The notes: generated from the sequence alone by a model not told the origin. Positions 9,281-20,085 are shown, counted from the stretch's first letter. The stretch: 64,000 nt of DNA from Geopsychrobacteraceae bacterium (GCA_963665685.1 OY762430.1:91838-155837), one strand, 5' to 3'. Numbers and translations: made by a program.

Positions 9281-9772
9281 ATGAAACACACAATTTCCGT
9301 ATTGGTTGAAAATGAATTCGGTGTTCTGTCACGAATTTCAAGCCTGTTTTCTGGTCGTGGTTTTAATATAGAGAGTCTGTCTGTGGCTCCAACTCTTGAT
9401 CCTGAAATTTCACGTATGACGTTAGTCACTCATGGTGATGACCGTATTATTGAGCAGATTACGAAGCAGCTGAATAAGCTTATTTCAACGATTAAGGTGG
9501 TTGATTTTACCGGTGGCGAATTTATTGAGCGAGAGTTGGCGTTAATTAAAGTCGCGACTGAAGCCGATACCCGTGCCGAGGCGTTACGTATTGTAGATAT
9601 TTTTAGAGCAAAAGTTATTGATGTTACACCAAAATCATATACCATTGAGATGACGGGCAGCCCTAAGAAAGTTGATGGAATTCTTGAGTTGCTGCGTCCG
9701 ATGGGAATAAAAGAAGTCGTTCGGTCTGGACCTGTTGTGATTGGCCGTGGTGCAAAGGGTGTCGCTGGTTAA
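9281..9772 (+). CDS. ilvN: Acetolactate synthase small (regulatory) subunit
   Basis: HTISVLVENEFGVLSRISSLFSGRGFNIESLSV ACT domain. Confidence 0.97.
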   Translation: MKHTISVLVENEFGVLSRISSLFSGRGFNIESLSVAPTLDPEISRMTLVTHGDDRIIEQITKQLNKLISTIKVVDFTGGEFIERELALIKVATEADTRAEALRIVDIFRAKVIDVTPKSYTIEMTGSPKKVDGILELLRPMGIKEVVRSGPVVIGRGAKGVAG

Positions 9773-9797
9773 TTACCACAGAACGTGGAGAGGTTAA

Positions 9798-10442
9798 ATG
9801 AAGAATCAAAATCAACCAATTGCAAAAGAAGGTTATCCTTTTATCGCATTATTCGGGTTTGTGACCCTCGTTTTTGCTTTACTCGATTGGTCTTTCCTCA
9901 CCTTGATATTGCTGCTGTTGACCCTGTTCAGTGTTTATTTTTTTCGTAACCCTGAGCGTAACACTCCTGGTGGCGATAAGCTTATCGTCGCACCTGCCGA
10001 TGGCAAAGTTATCTTTGTTGGTGACGTCGATGAAGAGCGTTTCTTTAATCAGCGGGTGACCAAGGTCAGTATTTTTATGTCGGTGTTCAATGTGCATGTT
10101 AACCGCGTGCCTTGTGATGGTAAAGTGGTCGATATGTATTATCAAAAAGGGGATTTTATCAATGCCTCTTACGATAAGGCCAGCGAGCGCAATGAGCAGT
10201 CAGGCATTTTGCTTGAAACTGAAGGTGGCTCTCGCATTGTTTTTGTGCAGATTGCCGGTCTGATCGCACGTCGTATCGTAACTTATCCCGTTATTGGTGA
10301 TGTGTTACGTTGTGGTGCACGTTATGGCCTGATCCGTTTTGGCTCACGGGTTGATATCTATTTCCCTAAGCACAGTGATGTTACCATTACCCTTGGTGAG
10401 AATACCGTCGCTGGCGAAACGATTTTAGGAACATTGCCTTGA
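9798..10442 (+). CDS. psd: Phosphatidylserine decarboxylase proenzyme (short type)
   Basis: FFRNPER, APADGKV, IFMSVFNVHVNRVP, QIAGLIARRIV, FGSRVD cleavage motif. Confidence 0.95.
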   Translation: MKNQNQPIAKEGYPFIALFGFVTLVFALLDWSFLTLILLLLTLFSVYFFRNPERNTPGGDKLIVAPADGKVIFVGDVDEERFFNQRVTKVSIFMSVFNVHVNRVPCDGKVVDMYYQKGDFINASYDKASERNEQSGILLETEGGSRIVFVQIAGLIARRIVTYPVIGDVLRCGARYGLIRFGSRVDIYFPKHSDVTITLGENTVAGETILGTLP

Positions 10443-11197
10443 ACGAAGAAGAAATTTTATTAAAGGATAAGCGGGAGAATGTCCGTAAGGGTGTTTACCT
10501 GTTGCCTAACCTGATTACCGCTGGTGGTATTTTTGCAGGTTTCTACGTGATTATTGCTTCTACCAGTGGTGAATACCAACGAGCGGCATGGTTTATTATG
10601 TTAGCCGCTATTTTTGATGGTCTCGATGGTAAGGTCGCCAGGTTGACTGGAACTGCCAGTAAGTTCGGGGTTGAGCTTGACTCTCTGGCAGATGTTATCT
10701 CCTTCGGCGTTGCTCCGGGGGTGTTGCTCTACGAATGGGCATTACGACCCTTTGGGAAATTAGGCTGGCTGGCTGCTTTTTTATATGTCATTTGCGGCGC
10801 TTTACGTCTGGCGCGTTTTAATGTTCAAGTGGCAACGGTTGAGTCGCGACGTTTTATTGGTATGCCCATCCCTGCTGCCGCATGTATTGTCGCCACTTGT
10901 GTTCTGCTTTTTTATGAATTGGGCGGAACCGGTACGGTTAAGATGGTTTCCATGGTCATGTTGGTCTTCTTGCTGGCATTTTTAATGGTGAGCAATGTTA
11001 AGTACCTGTCGCTGAAAGACCCTGAGCTGTTTAAGCGCCAACCATTTATCATGTTGGTGTTAGCGATCATTCTATTAATTGTTATTGTTGCCAAGCCAGA
11101 GATTATGCTTTTCCTTATAGGCATGGCTTACCTGGTCTCTGGGCCTGTGGGTTATTTCTGGGGGCGAAAACGTGTAGCTGCCAGGAAAGATTCTTAA
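10439..11197 (+). CDS. pssA: CDP-diacylglycerol--serine O-phosphatidyltransferase
   Basis: DGLDGKVAR....ASKFGVELDSLAD CDP-alcohol phosphotransferase motif, LRLARFN; adjacent to psd; TTG start. Confidence 0.95.
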   Translation: MNEEEILLKDKRENVRKGVYLLPNLITAGGIFAGFYVIIASTSGEYQRAAWFIMLAAIFDGLDGKVARLTGTASKFGVELDSLADVISFGVAPGVLLYEWALRPFGKLGWLAAFLYVICGALRLARFNVQVATVESRRFIGMPIPAAACIVATCVLLFYELGGTGTVKMVSMVMLVFLLAFLMVSNVKYLSLKDPELFKRQPFIMLVLAIILLIVIVAKPEIMLFLIGMAYLVSGPVGYFWGRKRVAARKDS

Positions 11198-11304
11198 TTT
11201 GTGCCAGGCAGGCTTGTAGAAATGATTATGGAAAATTATTATCAAATGTTAAAATAACTTGACTTGGGTGGTTGTTTCGGTTTCAATCACTCTTCACAGC
11301 AAAA

Positions 11305-11557
11305 GCGTTGAAGAGGAGTAGTAAGTAGTCTTTTCCGTCTGAGAGAGCCAGTGGTTGCTGCAAACTGGTACGGAAGATACTGAACTCGCCTCGGAGCTGT
11401 CAAGGTGAAGCTTTGGTTAGCCTTGATCGTGAGCCTGCGTTAAAGGACAATTAAGGCTTTGGATAAATAGTCCAGGGCGAACCAGGGTGGTACCGCGAAG
11501 CTTTCAAAGCTCTCGCCCCTGTATTTAATCACAAATACAGGGGCGAGAGCTTTTTTT
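11305..11557 (+). ncRNA. T-box riboswitch, leucine specifier (CTC), terminator type
   Basis: Stem I with AGAGA and GCTG distal motifs, GAA-CTC specifier (11385-11387), T-box AGGGTGGTACCGCG (11484-11497), 21-bp terminator stem 11506-11553 plus T run; upstream of leuA. Confidence 0.95.
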
Positions 11558-11694
11558 GTTTAAACTGATGAAAGGGGGTGGTTCTGTAGTGGAATCTGAC
11601 CTAAGTGACCTGCTGACGAAAGACCATATCAACCAGAGAATCGTTAAGAACTGCCCTGCACCGCAATGACGGGGCGCAGCCAAAGGAGCCTGAA

Positions 11695-13239
11695 ATGAGC
11701 CAGGATAAAGATAAAGTTATTATTTTTGATACAACGTTGCGTGACGGTGAGCAGTCACCAGGCGCAAGTATGAATATTGAAGAAAAAATTCGTATTGCGA
11801 CCCAGCTTGAACGTCTTAACGTCGATGTTATTGAAGCGGGTTTCCCTATCGCGTCAGAGGGTGACTTTGAAGCGGTTATGAAGGTTGCTCAAACCATTAA
11901 AAAATGTCAGATCGCTGGTTTATCTCGGGCTAATAATGCTGATATCGATCGCGCATGGGAAGCTTTGAAGTATGCGGGGGACAGAGCTCGTATTCACACC
12001 TTCATTGCCACCAGTGATATTCATATGAAGTATAAACTCAAGATGAGTGAGCAGGAAGTTCTTGATGCTGCTGTTGCTGCAGTAAAGAGGGCTGCTGGTT
12101 ATACTCCGAATGTTGAGTTTTCTCCTGAAGATGCGGTGCGTACTCGCCTGCCATTTTTGGCTCAAGTTGTCGAGGCTGTTATTGCCGCTGGTGCGACTAC
12201 GGTAAATATTCCCGATACTGTAGGTTATACGATTCCATCGGAATACGCGGAAATTATTACTTACCTCAAAGAGAATGTCAGCAATATTGAACAAGCGGTT
12301 ATTTCTGTCCATTGTCATAATGACCTGGGGCTTGCGGTGGCAAACTCCATGGCTGCGGTTCAGGCTGGTGCACGTCAGGTTGAATGTACTATTAACGGGA
12401 TTGGTGAACGGGCGGGTAACTGTTCGCTGGAAGAAATCGTCATGGCACTTAAAACCAGACATGATATTTTGCCGTTTTATACCGATATTGAGACCGAACA
12501 TATCACTCCGGCAAGTAAACTGCTTTCGACCATCACCGGATTGTTGATTCAGCCCAATAAGGCTATTGTCGGGGCGAATGCCTTTGCCCATGAGGCAGGC
12601 ATTCATCAGCACGGTATGTTGATGGATAAATCGACCTATGAAATCATGACTCCTGAATCGGTTGGCCTGAACCAGAATAAACTGGTTTTGGGCAAGCACT
12701 CCGGGCGCCATGCATTTATTGATCGGCTGAAACAGTTGGGTTATGACCTGTCGCGTGAAGAGTGTGATAAAGCATTTGTTCGCTTTAAAGCTTTAGCGGA
12801 TCTTAAAAAAGAAATTTTCGACGAAGATCTTGACGCTATTGTTGCTGATGAGGTTTTGCGTGTTCCTGAAGTTTATAAATTGCTGCAGATGAATGTCACC
12901 TCCGGTTCTTTTGCCGCCCCAACAGCAACGGTAGAGATGGAAATTGAAGGCAAGGTTAAGAAGACCGCAATTATGGGGGATGGGCCGGTTGATGCCACTT
13001 TTAAAGCGATTAAGAAGCTAACTAAAAGCAAGGCTCCGTTGTTGACTTTTGCTGTTGGAGCTATCACTGGTGGTACTGACGCCCAAGGTGAGTGCACTGT
13101 TCGTCTTCAGGCTGATGATGGTCGCGAAGTATTAGGGCAGGGGGCACACCCTGATATTGTTGTCGCCAGTGCTAAAGCTTATATAAATGCATTGAATAAG
13201 ATTGTTAATAAGCCAGTGAAGACTAATCCGCAGGTTTAG
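11695..13239 (+). CDS. leuA: 2-isopropylmalate synthase
   Basis: [38 protein letters not shown]-terminal regulatory domain GDGPVDA. Confidence 0.98.
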   Translation: MSQDKDKVIIFDTTLRDGEQSPGASMNIEEKIRIATQLERLNVDVIEAGFPIASEGDFEAVMKVAQTIKKCQIAGLSRANNADIDRAWEALKYAGDRARIHTFIATSDIHMKYKLKMSEQEVLDAAVAAVKRAAGYTPNVEFSPEDAVRTRLPFLAQVVEAVIAAGATTVNIPDTVGYTIPSEYAEIITYLKENVSNIEQAVISVHCHNDLGLAVANSMAAVQAGARQVECTINGIGERAGNCSLEEIVMALKTRHDILPFYTDIETEHITPASKLLSTITGLLIQPNKAIVGANAFAHEAGIHQHGMLMDKSTYEIMTPESVGLNQNKLVLGKHSGRHAFIDRLKQLGYDLSREECDKAFVRFKALADLKKEIFDEDLDAIVADEVLRVPEVYKLLQMNVTSGSFAAPTATVEMEIEGKVKKTAIMGDGPVDATFKAIKKLTKSKAPLLTFAVGAITGGTDAQGECTVRLQADDGREVLGQGAHPDIVVASAKAYINALNKIVNKPVKTNPQV

Positions 13240-13275
13240 GCTGATTGGTTAGATCACTATTAAATAGGAGATTTC

Positions 13276-14559
13276 ATGGGTAGGACATTAGCTGAAAAGA
13301 TTTTTGACAGTCACTTGCGTGATGAACCATTTACGGGCACCAAGGTTCTCGATCTTGACCGTGTATTGTGTCACGAAATAACCACACCGGTTGCGATAGC
13401 AGACCTGGTCTGGCGTGATAAGGATCGTGTTTTCGATAAAGATAAGATAAAAGTTGTCATCGATCACGTTACCCCGGCGAAAGATTCAAAGACAGCAACG
13501 CAAGCTAAAATTTTGCGTGATTGGGCAAGGCGTCATGATATTCCTGACTTTTTTGATGTTGGTCGTAACGGTGTCTGCCATGCCATTTTTCCTGAAAAAG
13601 GCTACATTCGTCCCGGTTATACCGTCATTATGGGGGATAGCCATACCTGTACTCACGGCGCTTTCGGTGCTTTTGCAGCCGGAGTCGGTACGACTGACCT
13701 TGAAGTTGGGATTCTGAAAGGGGTCTGTGCTTTTCGTGAGCCAGCATCGATTAAAGTTAACCTGACCGGTACGCTTCCTGAGGGTGTTTACTCAAAGGAT
13801 GTTATTCTTTATGTTATTGCTCAGTTGGGGGTTAATGGTGCCACTGATCATGTGATCGAGTTCCGTGGGCCTGTGGTTGATGCCATGAGTATGGAAGCAC
13901 GCATGACTCTGTGTAATATGGCCATTGAGGCTGGTGGAACCTCGGGAATATGCATGCCTGATATGGTCACCGTTGATTATCTGTGGGACTTTATCAAGGA
14001 TGACTATGCTGATAAGGCTGCAGCCCTTGCGGATTATCAACAGTGGGTTTCGGATGATGACGCTGTTTATGCCAAAGTTCTTGATGTTGATGTATCAAGC
14101 CTTGAGCCTCAAGCGACCTATGATTATAAGCCGGATTGTGTAAAAGCAGTTAAGGACCTGGCTGGAACTCGGGTTGACCAGATTTATATCGGAACCTGTA
14201 CCAATGGCCGGATTGAGGACTTACGGCAAGCAGCTGCTATCCTTAAAGGACGTACTATTGCCGATTCTGTCCGCGCTATTGTGTCACCGGCAACTCCCAA
14301 GATCTTTAACGATGCTTTGGCTGAAGGCTTGATTCAGATTTTTATGGATGCTGGATTTTGTGTGACCAATCCAACTTGTGGTGCCTGCCTGGGGATGAGT
14401 AATGGGGTTCTCGCTGAAGGTGAGGTCTGTGGCTCCACCAGTAACCGTAATTTTAATGGACGTATGGGTAAGGGTGGTATGGTGCATTTGATGAGTCCTG
14501 CGACGGCTGCAGCAAGTGCTATTACTGGCGTCATTACCGATGCCAGAACCCTCGTTTAG
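13276..14559 (+). CDS. leuC: 3-isopropylmalate dehydratase large subunit (short, homoaconitase-like type)
   Basis: GDSHTCTHGAFG, IGTCTNGRIEDL, CGACLG, STSNRNFNGRMG; lies between leuA and leuD. Confidence 0.93.
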   Translation: MGRTLAEKIFDSHLRDEPFTGTKVLDLDRVLCHEITTPVAIADLVWRDKDRVFDKDKIKVVIDHVTPAKDSKTATQAKILRDWARRHDIPDFFDVGRNGVCHAIFPEKGYIRPGYTVIMGDSHTCTHGAFGAFAAGVGTTDLEVGILKGVCAFREPASIKVNLTGTLPEGVYSKDVILYVIAQLGVNGATDHVIEFRGPVVDAMSMEARMTLCNMAIEAGGTSGICMPDMVTVDYLWDFIKDDYADKAAALADYQQWVSDDDAVYAKVLDVDVSSLEPQATYDYKPDCVKAVKDLAGTRVDQIYIGTCTNGRIEDLRQAAAILKGRTIADSVRAIVSPATPKIFNDALAEGLIQIFMDAGFCVTNPTCGACLGMSNGVLAEGEVCGSTSNRNFNGRMGKGGMVHLMSPATAAASAITGVITDARTLV

Positions 14560-14574
14560 TACAGGAGTTATATA

Positions 14575-15105
14575 ATGCAGAAAAAGTTTGGTGGAACGGC
14601 GATTGTTCTTGACCGTTCTGATATTAATACCGATGAGATTATTCCGGCAAAATATCTGACTGAGGTCACGAAAGAAGCTTTACGTCCATATATTTTAGAA
14701 GATCTGAAACTTGATGGATTTGACCCTAAAGGGGAAAAACTCAAGCAGGCAACAGTTGTTGTTGCTCGCCAGAACTTCGGCTGCGGCTCTTCCCGTGAGC
14801 ATGCTCCATGGGTCTTTGAGGTCAATGACGTACATACCGTTATAGCTGAGAGCTATGCACGGATCTTCCGGCAAAATATGTTCAATTGCGGAATGTTGGC
14901 GATTGAGCTCCCCGCTACTGATATCGATGCTTTAATCGCGTTGGAAAAACAGGGCGATGTTGCTATCGCGGTAGATCTGGAGCAACAGAATATAACGGCT
15001 AGCGCAGGCGCAGAGTCTAAAGTATTCAGCTTTGATATTTCGGCCTTTGACAAGGCTCTGGTTCAAGCAGGCGGATGGGTTGAGTTTGCCGATGCTCGCT
15101 ATTAA
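14575..15105 (+). CDS. leuD: 3-isopropylmalate dehydratase small subunit
   Basis: DINTDEIIPAKYL, NFGCGSSREHAPW, AESYARIFRQN motifs. Confidence 0.94.
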   Translation: MQKKFGGTAIVLDRSDINTDEIIPAKYLTEVTKEALRPYILEDLKLDGFDPKGEKLKQATVVVARQNFGCGSSREHAPWVFEVNDVHTVIAESYARIFRQNMFNCGMLAIELPATDIDALIALEKQGDVAIAVDLEQQNITASAGAESKVFSFDISAFDKALVQAGGWVEFADARY

Positions 15106-15108
15106 TTA

Positions 15109-15284
15109 GTTTTCATTCGGAAACGGCCCTTTTTCGCCGTGGCTGTGTCAATCTGCGGGCTTGCTTGTGCGACGTAAAGTACTACGTCTTAAGCGCAAGC
15201 TCTTGATTTTCTTGCCACGACGAAAAATTGCTCGTTTCCAATTTGAAAACTTGAAAGTTTCAATTAGAATTTCCGGATGGAAGC
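15109..15284. repeat. MITE/REP-like palindromic repeat, copy 1
   Basis: About 92% identical (hand alignment) to 48727-48903, with 63 nt identical; imperfect terminal inverted repeats GTTTTCATTCGGAA / TTCCGGATGGAAGC; long internal hairpin centred on GACGTA-AAGTAC-TACGTC; no ORF. Confidence 0.85.
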
Positions 15285-15328
15285 AAAAACGAAAGCCCCT
15301 GGTTCTGTCAGGGGCTTTCGTTTTTTTT
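15285..15328. terminator. Bidirectional intrinsic terminator between leuD and dsbC
   Basis: AAAAACGAAAGCCCCTG-GTTCTGT-CAGGGGCTTTCGTTTTT with A and T runs on both sides; convergent genes. Confidence 0.9.
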
Positions 15329-15355
15329 ATTGAATGGATTTATTTTTTGTTGTGT

Positions 15356-16096
15356 TTACTTGTTTGCAGCTATCTCTGCCAACAGGTTCTCTAGAGGGCG
15401 ATAGCCCGGTACAATTTTCCCATTTGGCATAATCATCGTTGGGGTGCCACGAATACCTAGCTGCTGTGCTAGTTGGACGTTTTTTTCTGGCACATCAGAC
15501 TGACAAGTTGGTTCCGGCAACGATTTTCCGGCAAAAGCAAGTTCAAGTTGTTCCAGCGACTGATTGCAGATAATTGTGCGGGAAATTTCTTTCGAGCTTT
15601 GCTTGAACGGAGCAACTTTAATTTTAAAAGACAAGGTTGGATCCTGCTTAACCGCTTCATGCAGCACCTGATGCAACTTGCTGCAGTAGGGGCAGTGTGG
15701 ATCAGTAAAGACAATGATAGGTTTACTGCTCTTGACAGCGCCAAGAGTCAGGGCATCTTCAAGAGGTATGGCTGTCGTATTGACCGGGTTGAGCTCTTTA
15801 AAGGTCTCTTCTGTCAGGTTGAGTCGATCCTTAATGCGAATAATATTGCCACTAAATAGATAGCCTCCGCTGGCATCAAGATAGAGAGGATATAGTTTGC
15901 CTTGCATCTGCATGTTGACCTGGTAGATTCCGGGGACTTCTGAGGCTTTAACGGCAGTTACTTCACCCTGGATCCCCTGAAGTATTTTGACGACATCTTC
16001 TTTGGTTAATTCGGGTTGCTCAGGATCGGCTGCCACTGCTAAATTCAGGTTTGCTGAGAAACATAATAAGAAAAAGAAAAATAACGCTTTGCGCAT
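15356..16096 (-). CDS. dsbC: DsbC-family periplasmic thiol:disulfide isomerase
   Basis: Signal peptide, N-terminal dimerisation segment (LYLDASGGYLFSGNII), VFTDPHCPYC active site, GIRGTPT cis-Pro loop, second Cys pair. Confidence 0.85.
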   Translation of the reverse strand: MRKALFFFFLLCFSANLNLAVAADPEQPELTKEDVVKILQGIQGEVTAVKASEVPGIYQVNMQMQGKLYPLYLDASGGYLFSGNIIRIKDRLNLTEETFKELNPVNTTAIPLEDALTLGAVKSSKPIIVFTDPHCPYCSKLHQVLHEAVKQDPTLSFKIKVAPFKQSSKEISRTIICNQSLEQLELAFAGKSLPEPTCQSDVPEKNVQLAQQLGIRGTPTMIMPNGKIVPGYRPLENLLAEIAANK

Positions 16097-16187
16097 AGTA
16101 TGTACTCCTTGATGGAAAAGTTCAGACGAAACCGAACCTTAGCATAACTGAATGTCTTCTGTCAGTAGTATCAGAGCTAAAAAGAGT

Positions 16188-16216
16188 TTGACAAAAAAAT
16201 ACCCCCTTTCTATAGT
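16188..16216 (+). promoter_or_regulatory. Sigma70-type promoter for leuB
   Basis: TTGACA(16188-16193)-17 bp-TATAGT(16211-16216). Confidence 0.8.
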
Positions 16217-16354
16217 TTTAGCCATTTTTCAAAGGCGGGAACTTATCCTGCAACGCTATTTCAGTGAACGATATCTGTGGATGTCGTTTGACGCAGAACT
16301 TTTTCAGCTAAGGCTTTTGGGAAGCCAACTGGATCTGTTTTATAAAAAATCTAA

Positions 16355-17464
<1,110 letters not shown>

Positions 17465-17493
17465 TGCTTGTTTGATGTTACTCTGATTTGGCG

Positions 17494-17517
17494 AAGGGAG
17501 TCTTTGGGCTCCCTTTT
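17494..17517 (+). terminator. Possible weak terminator after leuB
   Basis: AAGGGAGTC-TTTG-GGCTCCCTT followed by a short T run. Confidence 0.5.
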
Positions 17518-17529
17518 GCTCTTTTGACT

Positions 17530-18285
17530 ATGCAAAAGTCTGAGGTTTTATATCGGGCTGGGAATTCGTGCCTGCACCGCTTGGATCCGCGCCTTAAGTT
17601 AATTTTTACTGGTGCGCTGGTGGCCGCTCTGTTTTCCAGTTTTGAGCCATTGCGGCTCGGTGTGCTGGCAGGTATCTGGTGTCTGGGGGCAATACTCGCC
17701 CGGCAGTCTGTTGCCCATTTGTGGCGTATTGTACGGCTATTGAAGTGGTTGTTGCTCTTTTCCCTGTTTGTTCATCTGTTTTTCACCCCGGGGCAGACTC
17801 TTTGGGGCCTGCGTTGGTTAAGTCTTGATGGGCTGATAAATGGGCTTTGTGTGGATGCTCAAATTCTCCTTGCGGTCCTTTTTTCCTTGCTCATTTCGAC
17901 CACAACGACAGCGGAAGATCTTAGTCATGCTCTTGTAAGTATCTTATCTCCATTACGCCTGCTTAAGGTTCCGGTGGCTGAGATCGGTGCTATGTTCCTT
18001 CTTGTGTTACAGTTTTTCCCTATTTTGAAAGATGAAATGGCGCCATTAAGACCTGATCGGAAAAACTCCAAACAGCCGCTACTTGAACGGGTAAAATCTT
18101 GGTCAGAGCATCTTGAACTGGTATTGTTGCGCTTGCTTGATCATGGTGATCGCCTGGCCGATGATCTTGTTGGGCAGGGCTCTTCTGATTCGGTATCTGT
18201 GCCAAGAGTTGAGCCGTTAACCCGGCATGCTTTGTTGGTTCTTGTCTGTGGCCTGGGTGCCATATCCTTGCTATGGTGGTTGTAA
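17530..18285 (+). CDS. Energy-coupling factor transmembrane component T (CbiQ/EcfT family), degenerate
   Basis: LHRLDPRLKL N-terminal signature, HLFFTPG, multiple TM helices, QFFP in place of RFIP; start uncertain (17488 TTG or 17530 ATG). Confidence 0.78.
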   Translation: MQKSEVLYRAGNSCLHRLDPRLKLIFTGALVAALFSSFEPLRLGVLAGIWCLGAILARQSVAHLWRIVRLLKWLLLFSLFVHLFFTPGQTLWGLRWLSLDGLINGLCVDAQILLAVLFSLLISTTTTAEDLSHALVSILSPLRLLKVPVAEIGAMFLLVLQFFPILKDEMAPLRPDRKNSKQPLLERVKSWSEHLELVLLRLLDHGDRLADDLVGQGSSDSVSVPRVEPLTRHALLVLVCGLGAISLLWWL

Positions 18286-18288
18286 TAA

Positions 18289-19023
18289 ATGAGTCGCGTT
18301 GTTTTGACCGTCGCTTATGACGGCAGTGCCTATGTGGGTTGGCAATGTCAGCCTAATGGCGTTTCTGTACAGCAGCGCCTGGAAGAAGCGATAACCGAGT
18401 TATCTGGTGATTTTCATCGCGTACATTCTTCCGGCCGTACCGACGCAGGTGTTCATGCCCGAGGTATGGTTTGTCATTTTGATACCGACTCAACTCTTCC
18501 GGTTAAGGCCTGGCGTGATGGGCTTAATAGCAGGTTGCCCGCAGATATTGCTGTTCAGCATGCACGTGTAGTCAGCGCTGATTTTCACGCACGTTATTCT
18601 GCTTCAGGAAAGTTATATCGCTATCAGATATTAGCTGCAGCTGTGCGCTCACCACTTGACCGATGTCAAAGTTGGCACATAAAAAAGACGCTTGATCTGG
18701 AGGCAATGAAATCAGCGGCAGATTTTTTTGTAGGCGAGCATGATTTCTCTGCGTTCAGGACTACGGGCTGCGCTGCTAAAACCACCAGGCGCACGATTGT
18801 TAAGGTTGATATTAATTATCAACAGGATCTGATTGTCGTCGATGTCGAAGGGACTGGTTTTCTGAAAAACATGGTGCGTATGATGGTTGGTACCCTGGTC
18901 GATGTCGGTTTGCATAAGCGACCACCTGAGGACGTTGCTCATCTGCTGCATCGGCCTGGTGACGTGAAGCCTGCATTGACTGCGCCTGCTCATGGTCTAT
19001 GTCTTGTAGAAGTGTTTTATTGA
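18289..19023 (+). CDS. truA: tRNA pseudouridine(38-40) synthase
   Basis: AYDGSAYVGWQ, SGRTDAGVHA, DFHARYSA, FLKNMVRMMVG, TAPAHGL. Confidence 0.97.
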   Translation: MSRVVLTVAYDGSAYVGWQCQPNGVSVQQRLEEAITELSGDFHRVHSSGRTDAGVHARGMVCHFDTDSTLPVKAWRDGLNSRLPADIAVQHARVVSADFHARYSASGKLYRYQILAAAVRSPLDRCQSWHIKKTLDLEAMKSAADFFVGEHDFSAFRTTGCAAKTTRRTIVKVDINYQQDLIVVDVEGTGFLKNMVRMMVGTLVDVGLHKRPPEDVAHLLHRPGDVKPALTAPAHGLCLVEVFY

Positions 19024-19128
19024 TCAATGTTGATTGAATAATAGTTGCGATTTAAAGTAGTTGGATGGCAACGATTCGGCTTTTTTGAACGGGAAGACAA
19101 ATAAAGAAAAATTAGCTGACAAAATGTC

Positions 19129-19157
19129 TTGACAATCATGGGCGAGTCAGATAGATT
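19129..19157 (+). promoter_or_regulatory. Sigma70-type promoter for rplM-rpsI
   Basis: TTGACA(19129-19134)-17 bp-TAGATT(19152-19157). Confidence 0.75.
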
Positions 19158-19212
19158 TTCCGCTTTGTGAGCCCCACAACCCTTTAGAGATAAATGTTTG
19201 GAGAGGAATGCG

Positions 19213-19641
19213 ATGAGTACTCAAGTCGCTAAAGAGCATGAAGTTGTAAGAGACTGGTTTGTTGTCGATCTGGAGGATGTTGTCCTCGGTCGTGCAGCGA
19301 CTGAAATCGCCCGTGTATTGCGTGGCAAGCATAAGGCTATTTACACCCCAAGTGTTGATGCTGGTGACTTTGTCATTGTTATTAATGCTGACAAGGTTAA
19401 GCTTACCGGTAACAAGCTGGCTGATAAGAAATATTATCGTCACACTGGTTACCCAGGTGGAATTCGCGAGATTTCTGCTGGCAAGTTGCTTGAGAAAAAA
19501 CCAGAAATGGTGGTTCAGGCTGCTGTTAAAGGTATGCTTCCAAAGAATACTTTGGGACGTAAAATGTTTCGTAAACTTAAGGTTTATGCCGGAGGCGAAC
19601 ATCCTCATGCCGCCCAGCAACCTAAAGAACTGAAGTTTTAA
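19213..19641 (+). CDS. rplM: 50S ribosomal protein L13
   Basis: [44 protein letters not shown]; ATG 19213 with GAGGA RBS. Confidence 0.98.
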   Translation: MSTQVAKEHEVVRDWFVVDLEDVVLGRAATEIARVLRGKHKAIYTPSVDAGDFVIVINADKVKLTGNKLADKKYYRHTGYPGGIREISAGKLLEKKPEMVVQAAVKGMLPKNTLGRKMFRKLKVYAGGEHPHAAQQPKELKF

Positions 19642-19657
19642 TCAGGGAGATAGTTAG

Positions 19658-20050
19658 ATGGCTGAGCAGAAGTTTTATGCAACTGGCAAAAGAAAAACCT
19701 CGATCGCTCGTGTCTGGATGAAACCAGGTACTGGTGAAATTGTTGTCAATAAGCGTCCTTTGGATGTCTTTTTTGGCCGCGAAACGTCCAAGATGGTTGT
19801 TCGTCAACCTTTGGAACTGACCAATAATTCCGGTAAATTTGACATTTTTGTCAATGTTGCTGGTGGTGGTGCTTCCGGTCAAGCTGGTGCTATTAAGCAC
19901 GGCATTACCAAAGCACTGCTTGAAGTTGATCCAGAACTGCGTTCAGTTCTGAAAAAAGCGGGTTTTATTACTCGTGATAGTCGTGTTAAAGAACGTAAGA
20001 AATACGGTCGTGCTGCTGCTCGCCGGAGTTTCCAGTTCTCCAAGCGTTAA
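19658..20050 (+). CDS. rpsI: 30S ribosomal protein S9
   Basis: [38 protein letters not shown]...QFSKR. Confidence 0.98.
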   Translation: MAEQKFYATGKRKTSIARVWMKPGTGEIVVNKRPLDVFFGRETSKMVVRQPLELTNNSGKFDIFVNVAGGGASGQAGAIKHGITKALLEVDPELRSVLKKAGFITRDSRVKERKKYGRAAARRSFQFSKR

Positions 20051-20085
20051 TTGCCAGTCAATTTTCGTTTGTACACAGCTTTATC

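Noticed and set aside
11565-11630. CTGATGA ... CGAAA resembling a hammerhead ribozyme core just after the T-box terminator
   Set aside because: Stem II does not close (A opposite C) and there is no complementary stem III with a UH cleavage site
11920-12711. 263-aa minus-strand ORF, and similar shadows at 7657-8232, 46756-47424 and 50748-51398
   Set aside because: Each lies antisense to a well-conserved gene (leuA, ilvB, corC/lnt, kdsB), has no recognisable motif or RBS, and is expected from codon bias on the opposite strand
6801-16320. TAAGGCTT(T)GG recurring in three leaders (near 6801, 11452 and 16309)
   Set aside because: The same 8-mer also occurs inside frr, the TPR gene and recJ, so it is common at this composition
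16267-16338. Calling the leuB leader a c-di-GMP-I/cGAMP (GEMM) riboswitch
   Set aside because: It shares only GACGCA and CTAA and lacks the GNRA tetraloop, receptor and upstream ligand-binding nucleotides
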